Program-made: the position numbers and the translations under genes
Source of the DNA: Hormiphora californensis
Lineage: Eukaryota > Animalia > Ctenophora
Reading direction: 5' to 3'
Length of the DNA stretch: 64,000 nucleotides
Assembly: GCA_020137815.1 (NCBI GenBank)
Contig: CM035350.1
Coordinates: 3,224,001-3,288,000, forward strand
The notes under the pieces: model-generated
Told to the model about the DNA's origin: nothing
The model's database searches: none
What the model saw: the letters and a program-made list of their open reading frames with translations, nothing else
Part shown: piece by piece, positions 60,497 through 64,000 of the stretch
Layout of the letters: every line of letters begins with the position of its first letter
How positions within the stretch are numbered: position 1 is the stretch's first letter

Positions 60497-63376
60497 CTAT
60501 CGCCATGAGGCGACCTGCTTTTCCTTGTCTGTAAGAGGCACATAGCGGACCTCCAACAAGTTCTTCTTATCAACAATCCCATCTTGGCCTAGGTCAATTT
60601 GGATGAATTTTTGGGTTGCGTTAGGAGATCCAACAGGGAGAACCATCCGACCTCCTCGTGCTAACTGGTCCATCAACTGAAATAATTTGAAGGTACAATG
60701 GGAAAACTTGTCACATTTTATTGAAGTTTGGTAGAAGCACAGTATTTGGAGGAACTAAATCTTTAATACACTGTATTGAACCCACCGGTGTAGGGATATC
60801 GGGGGCGGCAGCACCAACGTGTATGCAATCATAGGGAGCTATATCGGGGTACCCCTCCCGCCCATCTCCCTCCACGTAGAGGAGCCGGCCAGAGTCCAGC
60901 AAGGCTGCATGGTGTTTACGGGTGTTGTTCACTGACATTTCAACAAGCGATGGGATGTGGTCTATTCCCACTACTCTTCCACTTTCACCAACCTACAGGA
61001 TGGTTTTTGTTAGCTGCAAACATGAGTGTTTCAACGTCTCTACGTCTCAAGTTATATAAGCTAGCGGTCAGATGCCGGGTGAAACGTACCATGATCGCCA
61101 TACATGCTGCAAGATAGCCAGATCCACAGCCGACATCAAGAACTTTAGATCCAGGATTCAGCCTCTCCCTCAGGTTTTCCAGGGCATAGGCGTGCATGTG
61201 AGGAGCACTAATGGTCGCATTAGATCCTATTGGTTGTGGGGAATCTCGATACGGCTCAGAGGAACAGAAGTCTTTTCTATCCACAGCCAACATTGCCTCA
61301 TAAACTACATTGCTCTTAATAATACCGCTCTCTGAAAGGGGGAGTTGTTTACAGATTACATAATATCTCCTATTCAACTTTTCCCAAGTTAAACTTGCCA
61401 GGTTAGACTAAAATAAATAGCTGGTATTAATAAACGGGGATTCGCGGATAATGTCCCGGATCGCGGATAAAATCGCGGATAATTAATCCCGGATTGGATC
61501 GCGGATCGCGGATAAGTAATCACGGATTGCGGATCGGGGATAAGTGATCGCGGATTGCGGATTGCGGATCGCGGATTGCGGATCGCGGATTGCGGATTGC
61601 GGATCGCGGATTGCGGATCGCGGATAAGTAATCGCGGATTGCGGATCGCGGATCGCGGATTGCGGATCGCGGATTGCGGATTGCGGATCGCGGATTGCGG
61701 ATCGCGGATAAGTAATCGCGGATTGCGGATCGCGGATCGCGGATTGCGGATCGCGGATTGCGGATTGCGGATCGCGGATTGCGGATCGCGGATTGCGGAT
61801 TGCGGATTGCGGATTGCGGATCGCAGATCGCGGATAAGTAATCGCGGATTGCGGATTGCGGATCGCGGATAAGTAATCGCGGATTGCGGATCGCGGATTG
61901 CGGATCGCGGATAAGTAATTGCGGATTGCGGATCGCGGATAAGTAATCGCGGATTGCGGATCGCGGATAAAAAATCGCGGATAAAAAATCGCGGATAGAA
62001 AATCGCGGATAAAAAGTCGCGGATAAAAATCGCGGATAAAAAATCGCGGATAAAAAATCGCGGATAAAAAATTGCGGATAACAAATCGCGGATAACAAAT
62101 CGCGGATAAAAAATCGCGGATAAAAAATCGCGGATAAAAAATCGCGGATAACGTTTTTATCTCTTTTTAGGCAACTTGTGGTCATTCTTAGGTGATTTTG
62201 ATCGATTCCAGGTCATTTGCTCATTTCTATGTCAATTTGGCCATTTCTGTACCATTTCTGGCCACGTTGGTCAATTCTAGTTCATTTCCAGGTCATTCCT
62301 GTTATAGTGCATTGGCTAGACCATTTTCGTGTGGATTTAGATGGTTCTGGGACACTTTGGTCAATTACGAGTAATTTATGTGTATATTTGGATACTTTTA
62401 GGACTTAATGTGACCGAAGTGTCCTAGAACCATCTAAATCCACACGAAAATGGTCTAGCACAATGCACTATATACAGGAATGACCTGGAAATGAACTAGA
62501 ATTGACCAACGTGGCCAAGAAATGGTACAGAAAGGCCAAATTGACATAGAAATGAGCAAAATGACCTGGAATCGATCAAAATCACCTAAGAATGACACAA
62601 GTTGCCTAAAAAGAGATAAAAACGTTATCCGCGATTTTTTATCCACGATTTTTTATCCGCGATTTTTTATCCGCGATTTGTTATCCGCGATTTGTTATCC
62701 GCAATTTTTTATCCGCGATTTTTTATCCGCGATTTTTTATCCGCGATTTTTATCCGCGATTTTTTATCCGCGATTTTCTATCCGCGATTTTTTATCCGCA
62801 ATTACTTATCCGCGATCCGCAATCCGCGATTACTTATCCGCGATTACTTATCCGCGATCCGCAATCCGCGATCCGCAATCCGCGATCACTTATCCCCGAT
62901 CCGCAATCCGTGATTACTTATCCGCGATCCGCGATCCAATCCGGGATTAATTATCCGCGATTTTATCCGCGATCCGGGACATTATCCGCGAATCCGCGAA
63001 TCCCCGTTTATTAATACCAGCTAAAGAGTTTGTACAAAACAAAGTTAAACAAGAATATTAATTAAATATTAACGTATACCTCAACAAAAATCCGTCGACC
63101 CCCCCCCCCCCTCTGGCCTTAATTGAATATTAATTGCACTAATAGTAGTAGCTATAGTGCCATGTTTCTCTACCTTCACCTGCATGTGATATGACCACTT
63201 TTAATTGGTCAATGAGATTGAGAATACTGAAACCTGAGACAAAGCAGATGAGCTGTTTTATAATTAGCCTCGCTATGTGATCTCACAAGCAAAAAAATCT
63301 TAAAAATCAAATTACACTTACTTCTGAGGTGATCCACTTGCTCTTTGTGCGTCTTTCCATGGCACCTCCACGCCAT
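60497..63376 (-). CDS. PCMT1: Protein-L-isoaspartate O-methyltransferase (4 exons)
   Basis: [17 protein letters not shown] / [34 protein letters not shown] / [25 protein letters not shown] / [16 protein letters not shown]...LTDKEKQ. Confidence 0.95.
61418..63023. mobile_element. 1.6-kb Foldback-type element with modular repeat arms, in PCMT1 intron 1
   Basis: TAGCTGGTATTAATAAACGGGGATTCGCGG...CCGCGAATCCCCGTTTATTAATACCAGCTA; arms of 7-bp (GGATTGC/GGATCGC) and 12-bp (AAAAATCGCGGAT-like) repeats; inner arms also inverted. Confidence 0.9.
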
Positions 63377-63573
63377 ACCAAGCAAACCTTCAGTTGGAAG
63401 TGGAACTAAATTTATGTTATTTACTTGTTTAGTAATTCGCCATTTATTTATGCTGCGCCATAATTTTAATAAATTCGAAACTGAGGTCGATGAAAGTTGA
63501 ATTTGATCCAATTTATGCCTTAATTAGGCCCTAATTGGTCAATTATTTACCAATAAGGGTGAATCCTTATTGG

Positions 63574-64000
63574 TAAGTTTAAGTTAAGTTTAAGTTTAAT
63601 CACTATTTATCACAAAGTCAATATAAAAATATTAAAACCTTGTCCCGCTCTTACACCAAACATATTTAATATAAATAGATATAAAAAATAAGCTACAAGG
63701 CTGATGTGAAAGCACCAGCGGTTACCTAAAGCGGGTTAAGCTAGTTCACGATACAATGAGGCAGATAACATCAGCATAAACTGCAAAATTTATTAACTGA
63801 GATACAACGGCTTTTGAAAAAGTGCACAAACAAACCAACACAGCCCGCAGACAAACAAAACGAACAAACAACCAAACAAATAAATAAGCAAACAAACAAA
63901 CAAGTTAACACTAAACAGACAGGCAAACAATAAAGTTAACAAACAAGCATACATACAAACAAACAACAAAAGAACAGTCAATAAATAAATAAAACAAAAG
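63574..64000 (-). mobile_element. 3' end of another L2-like LINE related to 32560-35008
   Basis: Reverse complement shares TGGTGTAAGAGCGGGAC...GACTTTGTGATAAAT...(AAACTT)n. Confidence 0.75.

Noticed and set aside
61389-62950. SAIRNP-repeat ORFs
   Set aside because: Translations of Foldback element arms inside a PCMT1 intron.

Overview
Eukaryotic, intron-rich animal DNA with GT-AG introns, long microsatellites and many MITEs. It is probably a ctenophore (Pleurobrachia-like); this is inferred from a recalled repeat and the gene style, not proven. Hand-spliced genes, left to right: RANBP9/10 (5' part), an ADP-ribosylglycohydrolase, AUH with an 889-bp partial duplicate, CMIP, an intronless F-box gene, TSNAXIP1, PDCD5, a secreted kringle protein, a small secreted precursor and PCMT1. 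TSNAXIP1 introns hold three nested genes: a PPxY membrane protein, a GPCR and an unknown minus-strand gene. Mobile DNA includes L2-like LINE pieces, a Penelope-like RT fragment, hAT- and mariner-type MITEs, two large foldback elements and a Helitron-like element. Most notable: (1) a nested gene with four alternative Met-initiated phase-1 first exons spliced to shared exons carrying an AKAP-like helix; (2) a 3-exon neuropeptide-like precursor predicted to release SNWM-amide; (3) a CMIP stop codon inside a splice donor, which opens five phase-compatible extra exons; (4) a minimal type I hammerhead ribozyme and a SECIS-like hairpin flanking the Penelope-like fragment; (5) a retro-insertion flanked by an 889-bp duplication. 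All exon models were built by eye and need transcript confirmation.
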